NCBI GenBank assembly: GCA_965247095.1
Contig: OZ251997.1
Span: 512,001 to 576,000 of the forward strand
Length of the DNA stretch: 64,000 nucleotides
Reading direction: 5' to 3'
DNA from: Candidatus Multivorans sp.
GTDB lineage: Bacteria > Acidobacteriota > Thermoanaerobaculia > Multivoradales > Multivoraceae
The translations under genes were made by a program, and so were the position numbers. Below, piece by piece: positions 40,343-50,442 of the stretch (its first letter is position 1; the number at the start of each line of letters is the position of its first letter). The notes below the pieces were generated by a model. That model was not told where the DNA came from. It ran no database searches and saw nothing but the letters and a program-made list of their open reading frames with translations.

Positions 40343-40420
40343 GATGGACGCGACTTTATCGCGCTCAGGAGGCTCTCGTCAGCGCCTCGGAGCATTCGGA
40401 GTAAGCTCTTTTGTCCGATG

Positions 40421-40493
40421 GTGCCATCCGTGCGCCCGTCATCGGGCGCACGGACTGGTTCACGGGTGGCGCGGACCGCGCCACCCGGGTTCC
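40421..40493 (-). repeat. GAAC-hairpin repeat (A+B), intergenic, perfect stems
   Basis: GGAAC CCGGGTGGCGCG-GTC-CGCGCCACCCG TGAACCAG TCCGTGCGCCCG-ATGA-CGGGCGCACGGA TGGCAC. Confidence 0.9.
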
Positions 40494-40529
40494 GGAGGGC
40501 CGGCAACGAATAGCGGCGGCGGGGGCGAA

Positions 40530-41708
40530 ATGAGCGACGACACGGTTGGCGGAGACTTGGCGGCAGAGGCAGACGGCGCCGGCGAGCAGGCGCCGTCCAG
40601 CCGCGATGCGCTGCGTCTGGAACAGTTGCGGCAGGCGGCGGCTTCGGCCGGCGTCGACGCGGTCGTACTTACTCCGGCGGCCACGATGACATGGCTGCTC
40701 GGCCATCACTTCGACGCGCACGAACGGCTGTTTCTGCTCATCGTGCCGACAGCGGCCGCGCCGGTGGCGGTCGTTCCGGCCCTGGAAGAGGCCAACTTCC
40801 GCGGCGCGGCGCCGTCCGTCGAGTCGCTTCATCTCTGGGACGACGCCGACGGGCCCGAGAAGGCCGCCGCGGAGGCGTTCAAGTGTCTGGCCAAGGCGTC
40901 CCGAGTGGCGGTGGAGCCGCTGAGCCTGCGCTACATGGAGTTCGAGCACGTTCGCCGGGAGCTCCCGAACGCACAGATCGAGAGCGCCGAAAGGGTCGTA
41001 GTCGCGTTGCGACTCAAGAAGAGCGACGAGGAGGCGGCCGCGATGCGGCGGGCGTCGAAGATCGCTGAAGCGGCGCTCGAGTTCACGCTCCGGGACGTGC
41101 GTCCCGGGCGCAAGGAGATCGAGATCGCGTCCAAGCTCTCGAGCGAGTTGCTGCGGCGGGGCGGAGGCGGCATCTCGTTCGGACCGATCGTCCTGAGCGG
41201 GCCGAAGTCGGCGTTGCCGCACGGCGTGCCGGACGAGCGCGAGATGCAGGAGGGCGAGTTCCTGTTGATCGATTTCGGGACGTCGTCCGACGGCTACCAC
41301 TGCGACATCACGCGCACCTTCGTGGTCAGCGGTTCGCCCACCGACCGGATGCGGGAGGTCTACGAGTCGGTCCTGCAGGCGAACATCCGCGGCGTCGCCG
41401 CGTCACGGCCCGGAGTAACCTACGACTACGTCCACAAGAACTGCCAGGCCAATCTCCACGCCCCCCGCTTCAAGGAGTTCATGACCCACCGCACCGGGCA
41501 CGGCCTGGGCCTGGAGGTCCACGAACCGCCTTCCGTGATGGCCGGCAACTACGTCGTCGTCGAGGAGGGCGCCGTGTTCACCATCGAGCCGGGGCTCTAC
41601 CTCGAGGGCTGGGGCGGCGTACGGATCGAGGACAACGTCCGCGTCACGCGGGACGGCTGCGAGCTGCTGACTTCGTCGCCGCGGGAACTGCGCATCCTCG
41701 GCGCCTAG
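40530..41708 (+). CDS. M24 family Xaa-Pro peptidase
   Basis: SALPHG, IDFG..GYHCDITRT, HRTGHGLGLEVHE, TIEPGLY, GVRIED; start MSDDTV at 40530. Confidence 0.9.
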   Translation: MSDDTVGGDLAAEADGAGEQAPSSRDALRLEQLRQAAASAGVDAVVLTPAATMTWLLGHHFDAHERLFLLIVPTAAAPVAVVPALEEANFRGAAPSVESLHLWDDADGPEKAAAEAFKCLAKASRVAVEPLSLRYMEFEHVRRELPNAQIESAERVVVALRLKKSDEEAAAMRRASKIAEAALEFTLRDVRPGRKEIEIASKLSSELLRRGGGGISFGPIVLSGPKSALPHGVPDEREMQEGEFLLIDFGTSSDGYHCDITRTFVVSGSPTDRMREVYESVLQANIRGVAASRPGVTYDYVHKNCQANLHAPRFKEFMTHRTGHGLGLEVHEPPSVMAGNYVVVEEGAVFTIEPGLYLEGWGGVRIEDNVRVTRDGCELLTSSPRELRILGA

Positions 41709-44700
41709 CTAGAAGTGGAAGTGAACGCCGATCTGGCCGCGGCGGCTGTCGCCGAGGCCGCTGCGGATGGCGCCGTCGAAGTTGAAGAGCAGGGAGCCCT
41801 GGGAGGCGTCGAGGCGGTTGTCGACGTTCGTCACGTTGAAGATCTCAAGGACCGGCTCCAGCGTGACGCCGCGGCCGAGGGTGAATGGGCGCGAGAGGCG
41901 GATGTCCCAGGTCAGGAAGTCGTTCTCGCGCCGTAGGCTGTTGCGCTGCAGGATGCTGCCGTCGGCGCAGATGCGGTCGGTCGGTTGGGCGGCCCGCAGG
42001 CCGCGGCTGGCGCAGGACTCGGACACCGGCGACGCCGACAGGTAGCGGAACGCGTTGCTGAACTGGACGCCGCGGGGCAGGGCGAAGAGCAGGTAGCCGG
42101 CGACCTGGTGTCGGCGGTCGCGGTCCGACCAGCCGAACTCGGGGCCGAGGTTGGTCGGATCGGCGTAGCGGAAGGTGAAGGGGTCCCGCTCGTTGTCGTC
42201 GTCCGAACGGTCGCGGCTCAGGGTGTAGTTCACCTCGAAGGTGAGCAGACCGTCTGCCGCGTCGCGGCCGCGCAGGGTCGCGGTCAGGCCGTGGTAACGG
42301 GAGCGCGCGGAGCTCTCGGTGTTGTTCAGGGCGTTGATGCCGCCGCCGTCAGGGTGGGTTCCGACGGCGAAGGGCGAACCGAAGGCGGCGTGATTGCGGT
42401 CGACGAAGCGGAACAGTTCGTTTGTGCGGGCGTGCTGGTAGGCGAGTTCGGCGGTCAGGCCGCGGCCCAGGCGGCGCTCGAAACCGGTGCCGAAGGACCG
42501 GGTTTCCGGCAGCTCCAGGTCGCGGTCGACGACCGTGATGTCGGGCAGGAACGGCGACGTGTCCGAACCGTCGATCTGCTCGTCCACCCCTGGCACGGGA
42601 CCGAGTGCCGGCGAAGCGGCGCTGCTGCGGAAGAGGAGCTGCTGGAATGCGCCGTTCGTGGTTCGGGGGCCGGCCAACACCAGGCTGGGAATGCGGGAGA
42701 CGTAGGCGCCCGCGTTGAGCCGCAGGATGGTGCTGCCGTCTCCCGAGGCGTCCCAGACCAGGCCGAGACGGGGCTGGAAGTTGTCGAGGTCGTCCGGGAT
42801 CGTGCCGTCGGAGGGGAAGCGCGGATCGTCGAGGTAGGGGGCGAAGTACGTCTCCTCCGGCGCGACTAGCGGATCCGGATTCCAGGTCCCCTCCCAGCGC
42901 AGTCCGAGGTTGAGGACCAGCCGGTCGGTGGCGTGCCAGGTGTCCTGGAGGAACAGGCCGACTTCGTTGACATCGAAGGCCTGCCGGCCGAGATCCTCCG
43001 GCGGCACGCCGGGCACGGTCGCCGCCTGCAGGTAGACCAGCACCGGACCGGTGATCTCGGCGCCGGGCGGGCAGATGCCCGCGGCGCTGCTCGAGCCGTC
43101 GGAGCAGGTCACGTAGCGGTTGCCCTGTTCGACGAAGGCGATGAAGCCGTCGACCGAGTCGAAGATGTAGCGGCTGTTTCCGAAGCCGACGAACTGCTGG
43201 CTGACGCCGGTCCGGTTGACCTCGATCCCGGCCTTGATCAGGTGGTTGCCGACAAGGGTGGAGACGTTGTCGACGAGTTGTCTGCGCTCGTCCGCCCCGT
43301 CCGCGCCGATGGGCAGGAAGAACGGCAGGCCGATGCGGAACCCGTCGGCGAAGTCCATGCCGATGTCGGGGAAGGGCCGGCCGCCGAGGACCTGGTAGGG
43401 CGGCGGGGGAGGGGGCGCCACGCCCGGCTGGAGCGGTCCGCCGTAGCGCCGCGGGCGGTTCTCCCGCGCCCATTGCAGGCGCGCCTCGTTCGAGGTCCGG
43501 TTGCTGAGCAGGGATCTGAGGCTCAGGTTGACGGCGTGCGAGTAGTCCTGCTCGATGCCGTTCGCGGAAAGGCCCCAGGAATCGACGTCGAAGGTGCCGT
43601 TCTCCTGCTCCGACCACGTGTAGTTGTACTTGACCGACGCCTGGTGGCGCTCGCTCAGGTTGAAGTCCAGCTTGGCGATCAGGGCCCGGTTGTCGTCGGT
43701 GCGCTCGATGGGGCCGAACTCGTCGTCGAACAGGCCGGGCCAGCGGGTCCTGAGGAAGCTGTCGAGCCGGGCCAGGTTGGCCGGACTGGCGACGCCGCGA
43801 ACGAGCTGTTTGGTTTCCGCCGCGTCCTGCTCGTCGTAGGCGCCGAAGAAGAACACCCGCTCGCGCTTGATCGGCCCGCCGAGCGTGAAGCCGTACTGCA
43901 GACGACTGAAGTCCGGCTTCGCCGCCTCGCCGGCGGGGTGTTCGGACGAGATGCCGTCCCACTGCCGGAAGGTGTGAAGCGTGCCCTCCAACTCGTTCGT
44001 GCCGGACTTCGTGATCACGTTGACGAAGCCGCCGGCCGAGCGCCCGAACTCGGCGGTCGCGCCCTGGTTGATCACCACCATCTCCTGGATCGCGTCCTGG
44101 TTGAAGGTGAAGGCCGGTCGCTGGCCGCCGCGCTGCTCGCCGAAGAAGGAGTTGTTGAAGTCGGCCCCGTCGACGATGAAGTTGTTGAAGATGCCGCGCT
44201 GACCGCTGATGTTCAACTCGTCACCGTCCGGTCCCTGGGAGAGGGACGCGCCCGGCGTGAGCAGCGTGAGGTCGAGAAAGTTGCGGCCGTTCGTGGGCAG
44301 CCCTTCGATCACCTCGTCGGCAAGCCGCTGCGAGGTCGTCACGTCGTCGGTGGCGGGCGTCTGGTTCGCGTCCTCGCTGACCGTGATCTCCTCGGCAACC
44401 ACGTCCTTCAGCGCGAGGTCGAGGTTCAGGGTCTCGCCCACGCGCAAGGTCAGGCCGGCGATCCGCTCCATCTGTCCCCGGTCGTCCTTCGTCACGATCA
44501 GTTCGTACGATCCGAGCGGCAGCAGGGTGCGGGCGAAGGTGCCGGAAGCCGTCGTCTCTACGGACGTCAAGAATCCGGTTTCGCCGTGCTGAATCAGCAC
44601 CAGGGCGCCCTCGACGGGTGCTCCGCCCGGGCCGCGGACGACGCCCCGGATGATGCCGGTGGTTGCCTCGGACTGGGCGGTTGCCGGAGCTGCGGCGGCG

Positions 44701-44753
44701 ATACCCGCGGCCGCTACGAGCAGGACGGCGGCGAGGGGCGAACGGAGCGTCAT
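41709..44753 (-). CDS. Oar-like TonB-dependent receptor with N-terminal carboxypeptidase-regulatory-like domain
   Basis: Signal peptide, GIIRGVVR, LPTNGRNFLDL, AEFGRSAGG, TKSGTNE, YGFTLGGPI, FLQDTW, NFQPRLG, C-terminal FHF. Confidence 0.88.
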   Translation of the reverse strand: MTLRSPLAAVLLVAAAGIAAAAPATAQSEATTGIIRGVVRGPGGAPVEGALVLIQHGETGFLTSVETTASGTFARTLLPLGSYELIVTKDDRGQMERIAGLTLRVGETLNLDLALKDVVAEEITVSEDANQTPATDDVTTSQRLADEVIEGLPTNGRNFLDLTLLTPGASLSQGPDGDELNISGQRGIFNNFIVDGADFNNSFFGEQRGGQRPAFTFNQDAIQEMVVINQGATAEFGRSAGGFVNVITKSGTNELEGTLHTFRQWDGISSEHPAGEAAKPDFSRLQYGFTLGGPIKRERVFFFGAYDEQDAAETKQLVRGVASPANLARLDSFLRTRWPGLFDDEFGPIERTDDNRALIAKLDFNLSERHQASVKYNYTWSEQENGTFDVDSWGLSANGIEQDYSHAVNLSLRSLLSNRTSNEARLQWARENRPRRYGGPLQPGVAPPPPPPYQVLGGRPFPDIGMDFADGFRIGLPFFLPIGADGADERRQLVDNVSTLVGNHLIKAGIEVNRTGVSQQFVGFGNSRYIFDSVDGFIAFVEQGNRYVTCSDGSSSAAGICPPGAEITGPVLVYLQAATVPGVPPEDLGRQAFDVNEVGLFLQDTWHATDRLVLNLGLRWEGTWNPDPLVAPEETYFAPYLDDPRFPSDGTIPDDLDNFQPRLGLVWDASGDGSTILRLNAGAYVSRIPSLVLAGPRTTNGAFQQLLFRSSAASPALGPVPGVDEQIDGSDTSPFLPDITVVDRDLELPETRSFGTGFERRLGRGLTAELAYQHARTNELFRFVDRNHAAFGSPFAVGTHPDGGGINALNNTESSARSRYHGLTATLRGRDAADGLLTFEVNYTLSRDRSDDDNERDPFTFRYADPTNLGPEFGWSDRDRRHQVAGYLLFALPRGVQFSNAFRYLSASPVSESCASRGLRAAQPTDRICADGSILQRNSLRRENDFLTWDIRLSRPFTLGRGVTLEPVLEIFNVTNVDNRLDASQGSLLFNFDGAIRSGLGDSRRGQIGVHFHF

Positions 44754-44808
44754 CACGGAAGTGGCGCGACCGCGGCGCGCCTCGGAGGCGAATGATAGCG
44801 GGCGCCGT

Positions 44809-44840
44809 CCTGGGAACCTGGGCGTCTCGCCCGCTTCCGG
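44809..44840 (+). repeat. GAAC-hairpin repeat (head+C), intergenic
   Basis: CCTGGGAAC CTGGGC-GTCTC-GCCCGC TTCCGG. Confidence 0.8.
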
Positions 44841-44850
44841 GGGCGTCGAC

Positions 44851-46296
44851 TCAGGCTTGCAGGGTTTCGCGCAACCGGCGAACGACATCCGGCTGCCTGC
44901 CGATCAGGTTCTCCGTTTCCATCGGATCGGCTTCCAGATCCCACAGGATGTCCTCGTCCCCGAAGCCGGTCACCAGCTTGTAGCGGCCGTCGTAGGCGAG
45001 CCGCCAGTCGCGGAGGCCGGACAGGACGACCTCCCGGTGACTGTCGGTCCGTCCTTCGAGCAGGTCGCGCAGGGAACGGCTGTCCATGTCGGCCGGGGTG
45101 CCCAGGCCGGCGTAGTCGAGGAAGGTGGCGGCGAGATCGAGCACGGTCGTCGGCAGGTGGCACTCGTACCCGGCGCGGATGCCGGGCCCGGCGGCCAGGA
45201 GGGGTACGCCGGCCGAGGCCTGGTACGGAACGGACTTCCCCCACCTCGCGTGGTCGCCGAGCATCTCGCCGTGGTCGCTCGAGTAGACGACGATCGTGTT
45301 GTCGAGCTGACCCGTTTCCTCCAGCATGTCCATGTAGCGGCCCAGCCAGGTGTCGATGTTCTCGATCATCGCGGCGTAGTTCTGGCGCGTCGCCGTGTGT
45401 TCGGCGGGCGTCAGGGCGCCCTCGTAGGCGTAGGGCTGACCCAGACCTCCGAGTCCGCGGACCCGCTGTTCCATATCGGCCGTGATGTCGACCGGCGGAT
45501 GAGGGCCGACGAAGTTGATCACCAGGTGCCAGGGGCGGTCTTGCGGCGCCGCCCCGATCAGGTCCAGGCCGTTCCGGGCGATCCAGTTGTCGCAGTAGGC
45601 CTCGGGGCCTAGCGGCGAGGTGATCACGTCGCCCCACCAACTGTCGGGATAGTTCGAGCGCCGCCGGCGAAAGTCTTCGGCGCAGGCTTTGCCCTGCGGC
45701 GGTTCGAGCGAGTCGAGATAGGCGTAGTACGGGTCCTTCGGCCCTTCCGGATCGCTGAGGTAGGACCCCATGCCGTCGCCCTTGCCGCAGTTGTTGATCT
45801 GCGCGGAGAAGCCCCAGTCATCCGCGAAGTTCGAGCCGTCGAGGCCCCAGTTGCCGCTGTTCTTGGACAGGTCGAACTTGCCGACTCCCATCGTGTGGTA
45901 GCCGGAGTCGCGGAGCAGTCCGTAGAAGGTCTGCTGGTCCAGGGGATAGTCGTCCCGGTTGTCGCGTACGCCGCAGCGGTCGTACTCGCGACCGGCGGCG
46001 AGGCAGGCCCGTGACGGGCCGCACACGGGTGACGGCACCAGGGCGCGGGTGAAGTTGACGCCGTCGCGGGCCAGGCGATCGATGTTCGGTGTGCGGAGCG
46101 GCGCCAGGCCGTTGCCGTCGAGGCCGAGCCAGTCGGGCCGTTGCTGATCGGGGAAGAAGAAGAGGAGATTCGGTCTCGCGTCCGATACCGCCTGCGGTTC
46201 GGCGTCGCCGCAGCCCGCGAGGCCGGCCAGGGCGCCGCCGGCCAGGAGCCGCGAAGAATGCTGGAGGAAGTCTCGGCGGGTTCGTCGGGCGGTCAT
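44851..46296 (-). CDS. Tat-exported sulfatase
   Basis: TRRDFL Tat motif, PDQQR, CGPSR, GKFDL, SSDHG. Confidence 0.9.
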   Translation of the reverse strand: MTARRTRRDFLQHSSRLLAGGALAGLAGCGDAEPQAVSDARPNLLFFFPDQQRPDWLGLDGNGLAPLRTPNIDRLARDGVNFTRALVPSPVCGPSRACLAAGREYDRCGVRDNRDDYPLDQQTFYGLLRDSGYHTMGVGKFDLSKNSGNWGLDGSNFADDWGFSAQINNCGKGDGMGSYLSDPEGPKDPYYAYLDSLEPPQGKACAEDFRRRRSNYPDSWWGDVITSPLGPEAYCDNWIARNGLDLIGAAPQDRPWHLVINFVGPHPPVDITADMEQRVRGLGGLGQPYAYEGALTPAEHTATRQNYAAMIENIDTWLGRYMDMLEETGQLDNTIVVYSSDHGEMLGDHARWGKSVPYQASAGVPLLAAGPGIRAGYECHLPTTVLDLAATFLDYAGLGTPADMDSRSLRDLLEGRTDSHREVVLSGLRDWRLAYDGRYKLVTGFGDEDILWDLEADPMETENLIGRQPDVVRRLRETLQA

Positions 46297-46567
46297 GGGA
46301 CTTTCCTCTCGGTCTGTCAAACGGGACTTGAAGGGACCAACGTCGTTTGGCTAGCTTAGAGGATACAGACCCCAAGGATCGGCCGTGCGGCCGGGATTCT
46401 CTCCCTGTCAGTCGGTCGACCACATCGACTTTGGAGGAAGCACGATGGAGCGACGTTCGCTAGCTGGCTTGCTGGGAGTAGTAGCCGCCTTCGTCTGCTT
46501 GGCCCCGCACCGCGATCTCACCAGCGGCCTCCGATGTACTCCATGGCCATGGCGGGGGATGTGAGGG

Positions 46568-46632
46568 CGAACCACTCCGGGCGCCCGTCATCGGGCGCAT
46601 GGATGAAACGCGGGCGTCTCGCCCGCATCCGG
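46568..46632 (+). repeat. GAAC-hairpin repeat (B+C) overlapping start of DUF3604 gene
   Basis: CGAACCAC TCCGGGCGCCCG-TCAT-CGGGCGCATGGA TGAAAC GCGGGC-GTCTC-GCCCGC ATCCGG. Confidence 0.88.
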
Positions 46633-49194
46633 TCTGGATGGACGCTCGCCGCGGTGGCGATAGCCCTGACGCTCTCGGGCTGCTCAGGCCCCGGACCGGG
46701 TCCCGTCTACGACCGGGACCTGGGCGCCGCGATCGAGCAGCTCAAGGAGGACGTCGCGGCCCAGCCGACGGATGAGTCGTCGCTCCCCGCCCGGGCGGCG
46801 GTGGTCGCGGATTGGGCCGACGCTCTCTCGCTCGCGGGTCACGAGTTGGGCCTCGACGGACCGCGGGTGCGTATCCAGTCGACCCTGCCGCCGACCGGCG
46901 ACGCGGCGCTCACCGCCGCCGCCCAGGTCGACCGGCTGGTGAGCGAGTACACGCTGCGCGAGGAAGAGGGCGCGCTGGGAACCCTGGGGGCCGAGTCGCT
47001 CGGTCCGTTCGAGGCGCGGCAGTACGCGACGCTCAGCCAGATCTGGACCGCCGGCACGCGCGCGGTCGAGCCGGGCGGCGGGTTCTGGGTGGCGCGCCAC
47101 TTCAACGCGAACTACGGCGCCTACCAGACCGATGACCCGGGCGCCGCGGGCTACGTCACGATCGAGTCCGACGCCGCGAACGTCCGGTTCGAGACCGACG
47201 TCTACATGGCCTCCGGCCCCCACGGCGGCTTCCGGGCGCCCGAACCGGCGCTGGCCTTCCGGGTCGCCGAAGGGCGGCTGGAACCCGGCGAGAGCGTGAC
47301 GGTCACCTATGGCGACACCACCGGCGGTGGCCCGGGCATCATGATGACGCAGACCTCGGGTGCGCGGACTCCGTTCCCGCTCTACGTCGACCTCGACGGC
47401 GCCGGGGAGTGGCGGCCGTTGCCGATCCTGCCGTTCGCGGTCGTCGGCACGACGGTCGCGGGGGTGCATGGTTTCGCGCCGAGCGTGGTCCGGCCGGGCG
47501 AGAGCTTCGAACTCTCGGTGCGCGCCGAGGATCGCTTCTACAACCGGGCCACCGGCGACATTCCCGGCTTCGATGTGGTGGTCAATGGAGAGGTGGTGGC
47601 TTCTACCGAGCCGGGGAGCGAGGCGATCACGATCGTCGAGCTGGCCCTCGACGAACCGGGCGTCTACTGGACGACCTTGTGTTCGCGTGACGTTGAGCCC
47701 CAGATCACCGGCGGGGCGAACCCGATCCTCGTGGTCGAGGACCCCGAGTACGGCATCTACTGGGGAGACACCCATGGCCACTCGGGCTATGCCGAGGGCA
47801 TCGGCACGCTCGACTTCTTCCTGCAGTTCGCGCGCGACGACGCCCGGCTCGACTTCGTCACCCACTCGGAGCACGACACGGCGCTCGACGCCGGGGAGTG
47901 GGAACTGATGCGGGCCAAGAGCGCGGAGTACGACGACCCCGGCCGCTTCATCCCCTACCTCGGCTGGGAGTGGACCCGCCATACCCGCCAGGGCGGCGGC
48001 CACCACAACGTGCTGTACCGGACCGTCGGCGACCAGGATCTCGTCTCGGTGCTGGAGTTTCCGACCCTGTCCGAGCTCTACCGGGAGCTCGACACCCGCT
48101 ACGACCGCCGGGACGTGGTTGTCATTCCGCACGCCCACAACCCGGGCGACTTCCGGCTGTCCCATCCCGGTCTGGAGCCCCTGGTCGAGGTCATGTCGAT
48201 GCACGGCAGCTTCGAGTGGTTCATGCAGGAGTACCTCTCGCGCGGGCACCAGGTCGGCGTGGTCGCCGCGTCCGACGATCACCTCTCCCATCCGGGGTAC
48301 TCGGCCCCGAACCGCACCTCCCTGGCTCAGCGCGGCGGGCTGGGCGCTGTGTTCTCGCGGGAGAAGTCGCGCGACGCGATCTTCGACGGGCTCAAGGCGC
48401 GCCGCACCTACGCGACGACCGGGGACCGGATCATCCTCGACTTCCGGGTCAACGACACACTGATGGGCTCGCGTGCGCCGTTTTCAGAGACCAGGGAGAT
48501 CGCAGGCCGGGTGATCGGCACCGCGCCGATCGGTTCGATCGCTCTGATCAAGAACAAGACGGAACTCTGGAGCCGGGACTACTCGCTCGATACCGGCGCC
48601 GGAGCGCCAACCGAGTTGCTGCTCACGTTCTACTCGGAGGAGACGCCGGTGCACATGGGCGACGCGCCGCGGGGATGGCGACACTGGCGGGGCAGCCTGA
48701 CCGTCGCCGGCGCTACGTTGCGGTCGATCGAGGGCACCGACTTCGCGAATCCGACGACCCAACACGTGGAGCAGAGCGGCAACGGCGCCATGTTCCGGAC
48801 CAACACGCGCGGCGAGACGAGCTCGCTCCGGCTGTCGGTGGCCGATGTCCAGCCCGGCGCCGCAATCGTCCTGGAACTCGACGAGGCCGCCGAGACCGGA
48901 TCGGCGCCGCCGTTCTACCGCCCGCGCGCCGTCATTCCCGGCGGCCGGGTCCGCCTGCCACTGTCGGAACTGCGCGGCGGTCGGATGGAGAAGCTGCTGC
49001 CGATTGAGAACTACCACCGCGACTCGGTGACCCTGCGACGGATTCGCCCGGACGGCCCACGGGATCTCACCTTCACCTACACGGACACCCAGACGCCTCG
49101 ACAGGGCGACTACTACTACGTCCGCGTCCGGCAGTTGAACGACGCCATGGCCTGGTCGAGCCCGGTCTGGGTCGGAGGACATCCGTCGCAGTAG
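46603..49194 (+). CDS. DUF3604/PHP-like metallohydrolase lipoprotein
   Basis: LSGC lipobox; YWGDTHGHS, THSEH, EWT..GHHNV, VIPH, EVMSMHG, ASDDH, YATTG, YYVRVRQ..AWSSP; start 46603 or 46534-46549. Confidence 0.8.
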   Translation: MKRGRLARIRSGWTLAAVAIALTLSGCSGPGPGPVYDRDLGAAIEQLKEDVAAQPTDESSLPARAAVVADWADALSLAGHELGLDGPRVRIQSTLPPTGDAALTAAAQVDRLVSEYTLREEEGALGTLGAESLGPFEARQYATLSQIWTAGTRAVEPGGGFWVARHFNANYGAYQTDDPGAAGYVTIESDAANVRFETDVYMASGPHGGFRAPEPALAFRVAEGRLEPGESVTVTYGDTTGGGPGIMMTQTSGARTPFPLYVDLDGAGEWRPLPILPFAVVGTTVAGVHGFAPSVVRPGESFELSVRAEDRFYNRATGDIPGFDVVVNGEVVASTEPGSEAITIVELALDEPGVYWTTLCSRDVEPQITGGANPILVVEDPEYGIYWGDTHGHSGYAEGIGTLDFFLQFARDDARLDFVTHSEHDTALDAGEWELMRAKSAEYDDPGRFIPYLGWEWTRHTRQGGGHHNVLYRTVGDQDLVSVLEFPTLSELYRELDTRYDRRDVVVIPHAHNPGDFRLSHPGLEPLVEVMSMHGSFEWFMQEYLSRGHQVGVVAASDDHLSHPGYSAPNRTSLAQRGGLGAVFSREKSRDAIFDGLKARRTYATTGDRIILDFRVNDTLMGSRAPFSETREIAGRVIGTAPIGSIALIKNKTELWSRDYSLDTGAGAPTELLLTFYSEETPVHMGDAPRGWRHWRGSLTVAGATLRSIEGTDFANPTTQHVEQSGNGAMFRTNTRGETSSLRLSVADVQPGAAIVLELDEAAETGSAPPFYRPRAVIPGGRVRLPLSELRGGRMEKLLPIENYHRDSVTLRRIRPDGPRDLTFTYTDTQTPRQGDYYYVRVRQLNDAMAWSSPVWVGGHPSQ

Positions 49195-49337
49195 GGGGCG
49201 GATTCAAGCGGGGAGTTCGGCTCAGGAAGTCGGGGCAGTCCCCTACGCTGCGCTTCTCAACCCGAGGGAAATCGCGCCCGAGCCCCTACCGGCTACGCTC
49301 GGCGGACCGGCCCCTATTGACTTCTTCCAACTTGTCG

Positions 49338-49853
49338 CTATTTGGGCAGCACGTCTTGGGCTTCATTGCGATCGGTGACTCCCTTATCTCTAGTGTCAGC
49401 CAATGACCTAACTTGTGGCGTCTTTTTTCCCGAGGCCGCCTTTTTTTCCTCCTTTGTCTGTATGCTGCCTTGGACGGATGCGCCTTCCTCTACGGACACA
49501 CGAGGTGCCGTGACATTACCCACGACAGTTGCTGTTCGTTTGATCACCACGGTTTCGTCGCCACGCATGTCGCCTTCGAGCATGCCTTCGATGGTGATTC
49601 TCTGGGCCTTGAGGTTGGCCTTGATGCGGCCGCTTTCCCCGATCGTGAGGTTGTGGTTCTTTAGCTCAACGGTGCCTGATACGACCCCTTGAATGACCAA
49701 GTGTTCCTCGGCAGACAGTTCCCCGCCCTTGAAGGTCACGGTTGAACCGAGAACGGAAGATGCGCTGTTGTCGTTGTCAGGTATCGTTGATGATACGCTT
49801 AGCGCAGGTGTAGCCGGCGTAGCAGGTGTAATGGCTTCTTTGGGTTTAAACAA
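49338..49853 (-). CDS. bactofilin (polymer-forming cytoskeletal protein)
   Basis: SVLGSTVTFKGG..LVIQGVVSG..LTIGESGRIKA..ITIEG..VVGNVTAPRVSVEEGA; lower GC. Confidence 0.85.
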   Translation of the reverse strand: MFKPKEAITPATPATPALSVSSTIPDNDNSASSVLGSTVTFKGGELSAEEHLVIQGVVSGTVELKNHNLTIGESGRIKANLKAQRITIEGMLEGDMRGDETVVIKRTATVVGNVTAPRVSVEEGASVQGSIQTKEEKKAASGKKTPQVRSLADTRDKGVTDRNEAQDVLPK

Positions 49854-50442
49854 TGTCCGTCTCCATAGTGGTTGGGAATCTGCGTGAGTTTATGTCGCCA
49901 TGGCTGACGCTTCCAGACTTCCAGCGACGCGCCTAGTGGTGGGCCTCGTGTGCTGCGGTCGGGCCGGGGTGGCGGTGGCTCTCGAGAGCGTCAGCCGCTG
50001 GGCGTCTAGCGCCGGGCCTTCGATGGCTTCCGTCTGGGGACCGTCGCCCCAGGGGGGCAGGTAGGCGACGGTGACCAGGGCGGGAATCCGGGGAAGTGGC
50101 TTGAGAGGGGTCGTCATGTCTGCCGCGTCATACTCGTGGCGCTACGTTCGGGGATAGGTACAAGACTGAGCGGATTCGCTGACTATACTAGGTGAGGGTG
50201 GGGCTCGTGTAAAGACGCGGTAGGGTGAAGTCCGCTGTGGGTCGGACGGCATTTGTCGCGGGAGGGGACGGACTGGGTCTCCTGCTCTGGTTTTGGAATG
50301 GTGAAATCAGCCAGAGTAGACCAGCCCGGTTGGAAGTTCGAACGTGGGCGTAGTGGCCAGCAAGAGCAAGTGTCGGCCGGCACCAGGCCACAAGGGCCCT
50401 AATCGCCGAAGCCCATCCCAGGATAGGAGAGTGGACTCTCCG

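Noticed and set aside
49890-50117. 75-aa minus-strand ORF upstream of bactofilin
   Set aside because: No motif or clear RBS; cannot be supported.
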